Counted from the stretch's first letter, positions 1 through 9,061 are shown. The stretch: DNA of 64,000 nt from an uncultured Alphaproteobacteria bacterium (GCA_963806735.1 CAWEBE010000045.1:1710-65709); one strand, 5' to 3'. The notes: generated by a model not told the origin, from the letters alone. Made by a program: numbers and translations.

Positions 1-1154
1 AGATAACCGTCGTCCTCGTCGCTTGCTTGGGTTGGCGGTGTCAGGATCAGCCCCGGCTCGGCCGAGCGCGAGAGTTGTCCAGCAAGTGTGCCATGGGTCG
101 CAAAGTGCACGACTCGATAGTCCGCCAACGCGCCACTGGCGCTTAAGGCTTTGATGTCGCGCTCCGTGGCACGAGCACCGAGCCGCACGTCTTTGCGGTC
201 AGCTTTGAGGGCCGCGGCGACATCGCATAGCTCCCTGGTCGTCTCGGGTAACGGGACTTGAGCCTTGAGATGGCTAAGATCAGCGAGACCACCACGCATG
301 GATACCGGCTCAACAAAGCGGGTTTGGGGGCCCAGGGCTGCGCGCATTCCGACGACGACCTCCTGGCAACTTTGACGGGCGCGAGCAGCGGCTGCTTGCT
401 GTTTGTAGTACATCCCGTATCGGGGGTGGCCCTGGTCGCCGTCCAGCAACGGATTGCCAAAGCCAATCATCGGAAATTTAGCGGCGCTCGACCGTGCCAC
501 ACGCCGCAAGGCCTTGAGCGATGACACCGCCGGCAACACCGTGACAGCGTGCTCGCGGATCAGCCAGGGTACAGATTTGTCGTTTCCTTCCGGCGGCGTC
601 GTTACGAGCACCTGAAGCGGCAACTGCGTCAGAGGACCGGAGGGCACAATGAGCAGGTGCTTGCCGGCAATCAAATCCCCGATCTCACCGAAGAGCTCTT
701 TGTAGAGGCGATGCGCGCGTCTGGTGTCGAAGGGTAGCGGCTGGCCTTCAGCTGGCGCCTGATTGGGACGGAGGTCAAGGGCCTCAGCACACCGCTTCGT
801 GCCTCCATCACTCCATGCCGTAGCATCGAGCCCGCAGCGCAGCGCCGCCACCTCACGGGTGAGTCCTGGAGTGCCGAGGTCCGATCGCACCCACTGGACG
901 TTGGTCTTGGTCACGACCCAGATAAAGGTTTCCTCTGGCGTGGGATCGAAAGCATCAGTGTCGAGGAGCAGCACTAGAGCCTCATCAACGCCGAGGTGTG
1001 CCTGCACCTCGGCGACGGACAACGGCGTTGGGCGCGTCAGCGTTGCATAGTCGGGAAACTCGGCCGCCAGCCGGCTATCGATTGCTGTAATGCTCGCATC
1101 GATGACCGTGAGCCGTGCCACGTTGGCGGCCTCCCCCGCCTGATCGCGCTCGTT
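1..1154 (-). CDS. CHAT-domain protease-like segment (partial; C-terminus lies beyond the window start), out of frame with the TPR ORF upstream of it
   Basis: Own minus-strand translation in the frame absent from the ORF track: ..NERDQAGEAANVARLTVIDASITAIDSRLAAEFPDYATL..KHLLIVPSGPLTQLPLQVL..LADYRVVHFATHGTLAGQLSRSAEPGLILTPP..DEDDGY. HFATHG is the CHAT His box; the Cys box is not in the window. Confidence 0.75.
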
Positions 1155-2937
1155 GGGGGGCCTGCGACACCGCCGCCGTGCGCGCGCCATCGCGCCTGAT
1201 CCACTCGGCGACAAGATCCTGTCGTTCTCGAACAAGGCCAGCCAGCGTGGGATCACCCTTCGCCCCGCGGGCCGCCATCTGCGCGATGGAGGTAGCAGCT
1301 CGGGAGCCTTGCGCCCATTGAGCGCTCTGAAACATCTCTCGGGCGGCCGCGTCGACTGCGCCATGCTTTCCTGAAGCAGCCAGGCGGTACATCGCCTTGA
1401 CGAGCCCGTGAAACACTCGGCTCGACTGCTCGGCTTCGCTTTTGCTCTTTCCGTCCTTTGTGTCGCCAAAGGCGTCCGCGACCGGCGCTGAGCGGCGAGT
1501 AATGATGCCGGTGCTGCGCCGCCAAAACCCCACAGCCCCGACCCAGTCGCGTTGGACCAACGAAATCGCGGCGAGGTTGGACAGCGCAAGGCCAACCTTT
1601 GGGTGTTCCGACCCCAGCGCCATCTCTAAATTGGCGAGTGCGTTCTTAAAAAGCGACTCGGCCTCGGCGTAGCGGCCCTGGCTCTCATAGATTAGGGCCA
1701 GATTGTTCAGCGACTGACCTCTGTCGGGGTGCGCCGGCCCTAACGCTTTCTCGCGGATTGTCAGGCTGCGCTTGTGGAGCGGTTCCGCCTCGCTATAGCG
1801 GCCCTGGCTCCCGTACAGGAGGGCCAGGTTGTCCAGCGACTGACCTACATCGGGGTGCGCCGGCCCCAACGCTTTCTCGCGGATTGTCAGGCTGCGCTCG
1901 TAGAGCGGCTCGGCCTCGCTATTACGGCCCTGGAGCCGATACAGCTCAGCTAGGTTGTTGAGGAGGGTGCCAACGTACGCGTGCGCTGGGCCCAGCGCTT
2001 TCTCAAAAATGGTGAGCGCACGCTTAAAGAGCGGCTCGGCCTCTGCATAACGGCCTTGGAGCGAATATAGGTGGGCGAAGTCGCTGAGCGCCGTGCCGAC
2101 GTTCTGGTGCGCGGGACCGAACCCGGTCTCCATAATGGCAATGCCGCGCTTGTAGAGCGGCTCGGCCTCCACATAGCGGGCTTGGTTGATATAGAGCTGG
2201 GCTAGGGTGATAAGCGCCGTGCCAACGTGCGCGTGCGTCGGCCCCAACGCTTTCTCGCGGATTGTCAGGCTGCGCTTGTAGAGCGGCTCGGCCTCGCTAT
2301 AGCGGCCCTGGCTCCCGTACAGCACAGCCAGGTTGTTGAGGACGGTGCTTACACTAGGATGATCCGACCCCAGCGCCCTCTCAGCAACGTCGAGCCCCCG
2401 CTTGTAGAGCGGCTCGGTCTCAGCATAGCGGCCCTGACTCCAATATAGCGCGGCTAGATTGGTCAGCGTATCGCCGACATCCGGATGCGCGGCCCCGCGC
2501 GCCGTTTCGAAAATGGCGAGCGCGCGCTTATGCAGCGGCTCGGCCTCGGCGTAGCGGCCTTGAGCCCGATATAGCAAGCCGAGGTTGTTAAGGCACTGAC
2601 CGAGTACCTGGGTATCAGGGCGAGTTTGATTTTCGGCGCCCGCAAGCGACCGTTTGGCAATCTCTATCGCTTCGGCATACCTCCCCGCTTGATAGAGCTG
2701 TGCGACCTGCGCGTTAAGCTTGACAGGCGAGTCAGCGTCAATACCAACCCATTGGCGCACGATCGGCAGGTCTTTGAAAGCAGTGATGAGGATGAGAGGC
2801 AAGCCAGCAAAAGCGATGACTGCAGTTAGCTTGGATACCCAATGAGACTGCCGATCCCGGAGCGCCGCAACTGCCGCACGCATTGTGCCGACGACCGCCC
2901 ATGGCAACCACCCCAGAAAAAAATGGAAATAACCCAA
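1075..2937 (-). CDS. Membrane-anchored TPR-repeat protein = N-terminal part of a TPR-CHAT protein
   Basis: 620-aa ORF with a hydrophobic N-terminus (FFLGWLPWAVVG; LTAVIAFAGLPLILITAF), then 9 tandem ~42-aa units L.NLA.LY..QGRY.EAEPLYKR.L.I.EKALGP.HP.V (TPR_12-like). The last ~25 aa (RARSGGGGRQRGTAHGHRCEHYSNR) look like out-of-frame read-through. Confidence 0.85.
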   Translation of the reverse strand: MGYFHFFLGWLPWAVVGTMRAAVAALRDRQSHWVSKLTAVIAFAGLPLILITAFKDLPIVRQWVGIDADSPVKLNAQVAQLYQAGRYAEAIEIAKRSLAGAENQTRPDTQVLGQCLNNLGLLYRAQGRYAEAEPLHKRALAIFETARGAAHPDVGDTLTNLAALYWSQGRYAETEPLYKRGLDVAERALGSDHPSVSTVLNNLAVLYGSQGRYSEAEPLYKRSLTIREKALGPTHAHVGTALITLAQLYINQARYVEAEPLYKRGIAIMETGFGPAHQNVGTALSDFAHLYSLQGRYAEAEPLFKRALTIFEKALGPAHAYVGTLLNNLAELYRLQGRNSEAEPLYERSLTIREKALGPAHPDVGQSLDNLALLYGSQGRYSEAEPLHKRSLTIREKALGPAHPDRGQSLNNLALIYESQGRYAEAESLFKNALANLEMALGSEHPKVGLALSNLAAISLVQRDWVGAVGFWRRSTGIITRRSAPVADAFGDTKDGKSKSEAEQSSRVFHGLVKAMYRLAASGKHGAVDAAAREMFQSAQWAQGSRAATSIAQMAARGAKGDPTLAGLVRERQDLVAEWIRRDGARTAAVSQAPQRARSGGGGRQRGTAHGHRCEHYSNR

Positions 2938-3099
2938 AACAAAACTCGTTCCGGAACAGCTGCAACGACTTTTAAGAAACCTATGCGTCCTCTTTTTGGA
3001 GCCACAGCAATGGCAATACGCGATGACGAGCGCTCCGTGGCGCTGGATGACAATCCCCCCGGTCGGACAGGGTTAGACCGCGCACGCGATACTTCCACC

Positions 3100-3252
3100 A
3101 TGTTTCCCTTAATCCTAGGCGCGATAATCGCCGCTTTCTTGGCATGGTGGCTGTTCTCGAATTCTTCAACGATCGATGTCGGACCGACGCGCACATCCGA
3201 ACCGACGAGCCAAACTGCTCCGACCACCACAGTACCGAAGACCACGCCCTAA
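3100..3252 (+). CDS. 50-aa hydrophobic protein (hypothetical)
   Basis: Internal ATG of ORF 2842..3252 (the upstream part overlaps the TPR gene start). MFPLILGAIIAAFLAWWLF helix, then a Thr/Pro-rich tail. A hairpin plus T-run lies 34 nt downstream. No clear SD. Confidence 0.3.
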   Translation: MFPLILGAIIAAFLAWWLFSNSSTIDVGPTRTSEPTSQTAPTTTVPKTTP

Positions 3253-3285
3253 GTATCAGTAAGAACGTTGCCCTGCTCTATGCAC

Positions 3286-3313
3286 AGCCGCTCACTTGTG
3301 GGCGGCTTTTTCT
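3286..3313 (+). terminator. Rho-independent terminator-like hairpin
   Basis: AGCCGC-N10-GCGGCT followed by TTTTT. Confidence 0.55.
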
Positions 3314-3650
3314 ATGATTTAATTACGACATGCTTAATCCGTACACTCAAAACAAATTGGATGAGCTGCAATCTCTGATCAGCCAGCGCAACGATATTGA
3401 CGAACGTATTCGCGCACTTCTCGACGGAGGATTACCGCCGGCTCCCCAAAAGGCGAAAGCGAGCGGAAGGGCTGTTGCGCTGTGGAACTTTACGTCGGAA
3501 AAACAGTCAGCTTCGGACGGCCATATCTTACCGCGGAGCCGCGAGACTGTGAAACTTCGCACCACATGGTGGATCAACCTGGAGTGCTGACAAGCTCGTA
3601 ACGCGCGGGCAGAGTGTGACCAACTGGGAAGCCACAAAACTTCGCCGCAG

Positions 3651-4183
3651 GTGACAACGATGACGCCGCAGGTCCGCCGGATATGCGCAGACGAGGGCCC
3701 ACGATTGCGAGCGCTCCGACTGCACGCACTTGCCGATCCCTGGCTTTCGGCTCGACGCTGGCTCGTGAGCAGAGTTATTCAGACGAGGTCTGGCACGAGA
3801 GGGCCACAGGTGCATCGGCGGGCTGCGGCATCGCAGAGCGCGGCGAGCAATGGGTGGGTTTGGCCACTGGCCTGGATGGCGCCAATGGCTCAGAGAGCAC
3901 CGGTCCAGTTCTTGTCGCTATGTTCGTTGATAGGGCGGCACGACGCATGGGCCTTGGTGTCGCGTTGGTCGAAGCTGTGTCAGCCTGGGCGCGGACGTGC
4001 GGAGCCACCCGCCTTAGCCTTTGGGTAACTTCCGGCAATGACCCTGCCATTGCGCTCTACCAATGCTGCGGATTCCAGCCCACCGGCATAACCAGACCGC
4101 TCGCCCATACACGAACGCATACCGAGCGTGAGATGCGGCGAGCCTTGGCGGCGCCGGTGCCTCGACCGGCGACGCGGCCCTGA
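3651..4183 (+). pseudogene. GNAT-family N-acetyltransferase with its N-terminus in a different frame
   Basis: The 3683..4183 frame reads ..VLVAMFVDRAARRMGLGVALVEAVSAWARTCGATRLSLWVTSGNDPAIALYQCCGFQPTG (acetyl-CoA-binding R..G.G motif). The 3651 frame supplies a matching N-terminus, MTPQVRRICADEGPRLRALRLHALADP. The frame switch is near 3738. Confidence 0.7.
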
Positions 4184-4192
4184 CAAAATCGA

Positions 4193-4274
4193 CTCGGCCC
4201 GATGATGCCTTGGATGAAGATCGCGTGACGGGAGGCGGCGTCGCCGTATTGGCATCCACCGCGACGACCGCCGT
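4193..4274 (-). pseudogene. 82-nt fragment of a two-CSD cold-shock gene (inter-domain linker)
   Basis: Aligns to 9428-9509 inside the csp gene with 8 mismatches by my hand alignment. Translates as VVAVDANTATPPPVTRSSSKASSGR versus VVAVDANTGTAPPITRSSPKASSGR. Confidence 0.6.
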
Positions 4275-4769
4275 ACATAGATCGTCGTGGCTCCACTCAC
4301 GAAACGTTAGGCGGGGCTTCATAATACCTGATGAGAAGTGGCATTGTGCACTATCTCGCGCGGGCAAGAAGTCCCAGCCAAGACCGACGCCTCGCTGGGC
4401 TGAGTATGGGGCGCTGCTTCCCATAATGAAAAAGACCCGCGCTGAAGGAGTGCGTGCGGGCCAGTGGCTGTTGCAGGGGAGGAAGCGCGGGAAACCGTAA
4501 TCACGCCCCTCCATCCATCACCATATGCTCATCCGATCAATTCCCAAAGATGATATTGCCCTCCGCTGTCCAATTGCGCATATGTGGTGGACTTCATCCG
4601 CCAACGCCGCTTCTTTGATCAGCGGCACCTCAAGGCGCGGTCCCACTGTGGATAACTGCGCGTAGCACGATGTGCTTGGCCAAATGGGCACTGTGGCAAG
4701 AAGTTGACTTCCCTAATCGACGATCAGCGGTCAAGCTGTCGGCGGATCACGAAAGGGGAAGGATCGTTT

Positions 4770-5012
4770 ATGAGAATGGCAATATTCGCGGGATCGAGCC
4801 GCGAGGAGGTGCGGAGGCGAGCTGCGTGGGACGCTGCTACCCCGATCTGTGGTTCCGATGATCGCCAGGATTGCGATGGTAGACGCATGTGCTGGGACCA
4901 GTTTGGTTACAAATCAGCCCACGGCTGGTTCATCGGTTACTCGATACCGCTCGATTTCGGTGGCCTTGACCACACGCTGAACCTGAGAGCGCGTCACTGG
5001 ATGGGGGACTAA
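4770..5012 (+). CDS. 80-aa hypothetical protein
   Basis: Internal ATG of ORF 4704..5012, preceded by GGGGAAGGA about 8 nt upstream. No recognisable domain. Confidence 0.3.
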   Translation: MRMAIFAGSSREEVRRRAAWDAATPICGSDDRQDCDGRRMCWDQFGYKSAHGWFIGYSIPLDFGGLDHTLNLRARHWMGD

Positions 5013-5448
5013 CCCTTCCGAGCAGCGCGGTAACATGCTCTGCATCGCCGGGTGCGCTGGTTGAGCGATCCCTTGCGTCTGCCGCCAGTTTTGTGTCCTC
5101 GCGCCCTCTATCATCTATTTCTTCTAGACTGTTCGGCCAGCTTCGCCGGGACGGCGGCACCGAAGGTGTAGCCAGCTCGCTTGTGATTCTGACATCGCGT
5201 GCGTTTGCGCAATCGGGACACCAGGCCACACAGGTATGTACGAAAGGCTCGACCAGCCTGGCCGCATCGAACTCCCGCCGGCGGCTTTGCAGCAACGCGT
5301 GGTAGAAAGTCTTGCGCCGAAGGCTGCCAATCAGGGCAGGTGGGTTGGCCGCGCCCCACTTCCCCTGCCTCGTGGCGAGATGGCGTGAGCCACGTGCGCG
5401 CAAGATCCGGCGGCGCCTGGGCGATTCGGAAACACGTACACCAGCCAA

Positions 5449-5577
5449 TCAGAGCAGCTCGTGCTTCTCCGCCTTAGCGCGCGTCGCGAATGTCCCAATG
5501 TTGCGGCGTTTGCCGGTCTTCGCGTTGATCTTCCGCGAATACAGGAGGTATTGCCCGGACTTGAGCTTGCGGATCAT
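5449..5577 (-). CDS. 42-aa basic protein (hypothetical)
   Basis: Below the ORF-track cutoff. ATG has GAGGTG 5 nt upstream. Sequence MIRKLKSGQYLLYSRKINAKTGKRRNIGTFATRAKAEKHELL. Starts 8 nt after the stop of the Cys-rich gene on the same strand. Resembles small basic proteins common in Rhizobiales (memory only). Confidence 0.45.
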   Translation of the reverse strand: MIRKLKSGQYLLYSRKINAKTGKRRNIGTFATRAKAEKHELL

Positions 5578-5585
5578 ACGACACC

Positions 5586-5822
5586 TCAGTCAGCCCGATC
5601 GTCGACGCCTTTCACGCCCTCCTGCTTGGCGCAATGCGCACAGCAGTAGATCTTGTCCTTCGACTCAGTGCCGTGGCCGATCACCGGGCATTCGCAGTGG
5701 GCGCATCGGGGGGCCATGGCGTGGATGGCACACTCGAAGCTATCGAATGTCATGGTCCGGTCGCCCTGGGTGACACGGAACGACTTGTCATAGTCATTAC
5801 CGCAGACATCACATTGAGCCAT
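5586..5822 (-). CDS. Cys/His-rich small putative metal-binding protein
   Basis: 78 aa from an internal ATG with AGGAG about 7 nt upstream: MAQCDVCGNDYDKSFRV..FDSFECAIHAMAPRCAHCECPVIGHG..IYCCAHCAKQEG. Nine Cys in CxxC/CxHC/CCxHC spacing. Confidence 0.7.
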   Translation of the reverse strand: MAQCDVCGNDYDKSFRVTQGDRTMTFDSFECAIHAMAPRCAHCECPVIGHGTESKDKIYCCAHCAKQEGVKGVDDRAD

Positions 5823-6481
5823 GGAACGCTCCTGTCCAAGCACGGAGTTCCGCACAACGATCGATGACCGGTTGTGTTCCACGTTCGCCGTCGCTGCCCG
5901 CGTCCAAGGTCCAGTGCTGAGGCGATATCCCTACGAGCACTGTGATTTCTTTCAGCCAGTGTTGCCCACGTGCGAGCAGGGGAGACGGGCCAAATGAAGA
6001 TCGTGTGTGATCCTGCCGCTGCTTCTCAAGCTATGGACACCATAGATCAACGCCATGAAGCCTTGATGGGCCATCTATGGGGCGCAATCCGCAACGGCAT
6101 TGAGGCTCACAACACGCTTGAGCAAAGTCACGGGTTCGCATGCAGCACGCCGGCCGAATTCGAGAAGGCGCTCGCGGCTCCCTCGTTGGGGTGGATCGGC
6201 TCGACCAGTTTCTTGAGCTTGTGCGGCTGGCAGCCGAGCCTGACTTTTACGAGATGCTCTGAGCGCAAACGCGCTTCTTGTCCGACGCTGCCGATCGATC
6301 CGACCGAAACAACAGTTTACAAGCTAAGACCCAGCGGCTACGTGCGAGCGTGGCTTGGGCTTGAGGCCAGCAGCTGACGGCTGACTGCACGACGGTTGAT
6401 GCTGCAAGTTGCCGTTCGACGCGCGTTGCTCGGTCACACGTATTCTGTTTCGTGGCTCCCGGGATTGAGGGATGAACGTCG

Positions 6482-6510
6482 AGGCTGCCTTACGAGGCAG
6501 CCTTTTTCAT
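6482..6510 (+). terminator. Rho-independent terminator-like hairpin
   Basis: AGGCTGCC-TTACGA-GGCAGCCT followed by TTTTT. Confidence 0.6.
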
Positions 6511-6591
6511 TTTGTGCGGAACGACCCAGTAGCGGCCACGTTGGCCTACTAGGCGCATCAACAGCGCCGCTCATGATCATCTCAAGAACTA

Positions 6592-6620
6592 GCGCCTTGC
6601 ACGCGCAAGGCGCCTTTTTG
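6592..6620 (+). terminator. Rho-independent terminator-like hairpin directly upstream of a start codon
   Basis: GCGCCTTGC-ACGC-GCAAGGCGC, then C TTTTT. Ends about 22 nt before the ATG at 6643. Confidence 0.65.
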
Positions 6621-6642
6621 GGGGGCTGAAGGAGGACGCCGC

Positions 6643-6855
6643 ATGGGAGTGACCCTTATGTTCATTTGCCCCGAAACGGGGCGTGAAGTGCCGGTGCGCA
6701 TCATGCGCGGCGGTGAGCGGTTGAAGAATATCGGTGCGCATGAGTTTGAATTCGCGTGCTGGGAGTGCCGCGGAACCCACTCGTGGACGATTGGCGAAGG
6801 ACGCCTCGATGAGCGGGAGCCCCCTCCGATGCCGAAGGTGGCGCGGATAGCGTAG
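6643..6855 (+). CDS. 70-aa zinc-ribbon-like protein (hypothetical)
   Basis: Strong SD GAAGGAGGA 6-7 nt upstream. FICPETG...FACWECRGTH Cys pairs. Followed by a perfect 12-bp hairpin at 6858-6885 (no T-run). Confidence 0.6.
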   Translation: MGVTLMFICPETGREVPVRIMRGGERLKNIGAHEFEFACWECRGTHSWTIGEGRLDEREPPPMPKVARIA

Positions 6856-7415
6856 ACGCAGAAGCCGCCTTGCGGCGGCTTCTGCAGAACAACGTCATAG
6901 GGAAACGTTATCGGCTCTCACATGAAGATAGCATGGAGGAGTGGGGACAACGGCTGGGGATATGTAGACAGCCGGGGTATCATTGAGCGATGGAAACGGC
7001 CGTAAGGCTCTTCCTGGCGGGATGCCTCGGCACGATGATCCGCCTACATGTTCTATACAAGCCGGTCATTCTCCAGGTGCCGACCATCATCAAAGGAAAA
7101 TCGCCGCCGGTCGAACAGGCGCGAACTTCTTCGCACGCGACGACTAGTTTAGAGCGCTCCAGCGACCGAATTTGACCTTACGTAGCATGCCTGCGATGGC
7201 CGCGCGAGCGTGCCGACGAGCACAAGACCCAATTCAATGACCTTCGTGATCATGTCGATCATGCCGTTGAGTGCCTGGTCGATGCCAATGCAGTAGAGGC
7301 CGATGCCGCAGGGTGCGTTTCGGGTTGCGGACGACGTGATGAGCCAGTTGAGAAAACATTCATACGTGAGTGTGTTGGCGATTAATGATCGACCTTTAGA
7401 CCGGGCGATAAAACT

Positions 7416-7850
7416 TCATGAAATAGCCGCCGCGCCTGACGTAACGGTCAGCCCGCTGTCGATCGTGTAGTTCTCTTCGAACTTGCCGGTGCGCGAGTCG
7501 TTCGACGCGATCTTGCCGTCGAGCATGACGATGCCGACATGGCCGTTCGGGATCGCGAGAGTTCCATCCGGGTTCCGTCGAGTTCCATATCCGGTCGGCG
7601 AAATCACGATGAGTCCAGGAACGGGGATAAAGACCTCTTTGAAGTTTTGGGACTCGCGAAGCGCTTTATATATCCAGTACGTCGATAGACGGTTCTCAAC
7701 GTCCAAGCAGTCGCCCAGAGCCTCCTGGATGATCTCGTTCACCGTCTCAGCGCAGCCAAGTTCGTCCGGTGCGAGGTCATTTGGAGAGGCGTCTCGGCCG
7801 ATGAAAGAGCGTGCTGCTTCGTAGAGCTTGATTCGGTTCTCGTCGTTCAT
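7416..7850 (-). CDS. Papain-fold (CHAP/NlpC-P60-like) Cys-His hydrolase, putative
   Basis: 144 aa from an internal ATG of ORF 7416..7961: ..DELGCAETVNEIIQ (candidate nucleophile Cys) .. IPNGHVGIVM (candidate His). Lower GC than the surroundings. Assignment rests on motif spacing only. Confidence 0.5.
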   Translation of the reverse strand: MNDENRIKLYEAARSFIGRDASPNDLAPDELGCAETVNEIIQEALGDCLDVENRLSTYWIYKALRESQNFKEVFIPVPGLIVISPTGYGTRRNPDGTLAIPNGHVGIVMLDGKIASNDSRTGKFEENYTIDSGLTVTSGAAAIS

Positions 7851-7908
7851 ACGGAGGGAATTGATGATGTCGAGTACCCTGAGCAATGATCTGGACAGTT
7901 CGGTCAGG

Positions 7909-8322
7909 CTACGCATACCGCGCAAAAAAGCGGCCGAACGCGCCGCCGAACGCGCGGCCAAACGCGCCGAACCTGTCAGAGAGCAGGTACCAAGCTTGGA
8001 TAATCAAACGTTGGATGTAGCCCGCAGTAGACGCCTCCGTCGCGAGGGCGATCTGCTGAGCAGATATGGGTTTCAGGATCTTCAGCGCGGATCCCCATTT
8101 GGCGAACTCACGGTTCACGACCTCGCGCGGGAAGTAGAGGAAGCCCTAGTCTCCGAGGAGCGGCCCGGCGGAGTTCTGAGCGACGAGGAAGAGCTCGCCA
8201 CCGATCTCGCACCAGTCGATGAAGAGGTAGGCGTGGTAGCCGGCGAAAGCCTGATAGTCAGCGGGGACGATCCCGGCGACGAGTGCACCTGCGGGTGTTG
8301 CTCGTAGAGGATTGGACCGACT
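7909..8322 (-). pseudogene. Unknown-function gene interrupted by an in-frame TAG (8146-8148) and an upstream frame change (~8285)
   Basis: One minus frame has strong GC3 bias: ..GALVAGIVPADYQAFAGYHAYLFIDWCEIGGELFLVAQNSAGPLLGD*GFLYFPREVVNREFAKWGSALKILKPISAQQIALATEASTAGYIQRLIIQAWYLLSD.. Only the part after the TAG appears in the ORF track (7909..8118). Confidence 0.4.
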
Positions 8323-8532
8323 TCACTTGGTGCCCGCCTCGTCGCGATCACTCGCCCGACCGCTCGACCTCTTCCAGAAACGATGCAGAGCTTCGCGCTC
8401 CCTGACCCTGCGGGTATCAAGTTCGCTGAGAAGGAAAAGGAAGCGAGCCGGCAGCGGTTTGTTGATCTCCGAACCCGTCTTCTCCCTGAACAGTTTGCCT
8501 AGGTGCTTCAGCGTTTCCTTCGGAAGTTCCAA
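8323..8532 (-). CDS. NepR-like anti-sigma(EcfG) factor, putative
   Basis: 69 aa with a TTG start. LKHLGKLFREKTGSEINKPLPARFLFLLSELD fits the NepR pattern G..LR..Y.......P.P..F..LL..LD. No phyR or ecfG gene is adjacent. Confidence 0.45.
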   Translation of the reverse strand: MELPKETLKHLGKLFREKTGSEINKPLPARFLFLLSELDTRRVREREALHRFWKRSSGRASDRDEAGTK

Positions 8533-8595
8533 AGCCCGCCCTCCACGATGGTGGATCTATTGCGTGAACCCGCTGATGCACACGCTCGTTCCCTC

Positions 8596-8856
8596 CTACT
8601 TTCGATGGCGGAACAAGGTGCCATGACCGCAGTCATGCTGGATCATAAAAAGGCGGACAAGAAAACCGGCGGCTGGAATGGCTATGGCCAAAGCTGAGCG
8701 ACCAGGACCACTGAAGACGATGACGCCTACGCCGAGAGGCTGCTGGTTCGGTAGACAGTACCGCGCCATGAGCCGCGTGACGGCTGCCGCTGCCTGTCCT
8801 TGCCACTTGCCATAGACTCTGGTGTTCATTGCGGTCCGCACTATTCTGGGCCTCAC
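8596..8856 (-). pseudogene. N-terminal remnant of a membrane fatty-acid desaturase
   Basis: ..AIPAAGFLVRLFMIQHDCGHGTLFRHRK*: the first His box (HDCGH) is followed by a premature end. His boxes 2 and 3 are absent. Confidence 0.7.
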
Positions 8857-8905
8857 AGCGTGCCGTAGGCATGCTCTGGCAGTGACCTATTGGAGGAGGG
8901 CTACG

Positions 8906-9061
8906 ATGGCTAACCGCGAACAGAGAGGTAACCGCGAGAAACGTAAGCAAAAAGCGGACAAACCAAAGCTAGCGGCGGGCAAGACTTCGCCGTTCGCACC
9001 GGCCCCCGGCATGCACCAGCCCAAAGCTGCGAGCACCAAGAAGGGCGATAAACGACCATAG
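8906..9061 (+). CDS. 51-aa Lys/Arg-rich protein (hypothetical)
   Basis: ATG with GGAGGAGGG 5 nt upstream. Sequence MANREQRGNREKRKQKADKPKLAAGKTSPFAPAPGMHQPKAASTKKGDKRP. Confidence 0.5.
   Translation: MANREQRGNREKRKQKADKPKLAAGKTSPFAPAPGMHQPKAASTKKGDKRP

Noticed and set aside
3330-3590. 86-aa ORF whose N-terminus (..KLDELQSLISQRNDIDERIRALL..) looked like an H-NS/coiled-coil DNA-binding protein.
   Set aside because: No H-NS-type C-terminal motif (TW.GRG) appears in any frame. Support is limited to an open frame.
5970-6377. 135-aa plus-strand ORF.
   Set aside because: The antisense frame has an equally high GC3 and a more protein-like translation (..EARLRSEHLVKVRLGCQPHKLKKLVEPIHPNEGAASAF..) but no start codon. 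The coding strand could not be decided, so no feature was called.
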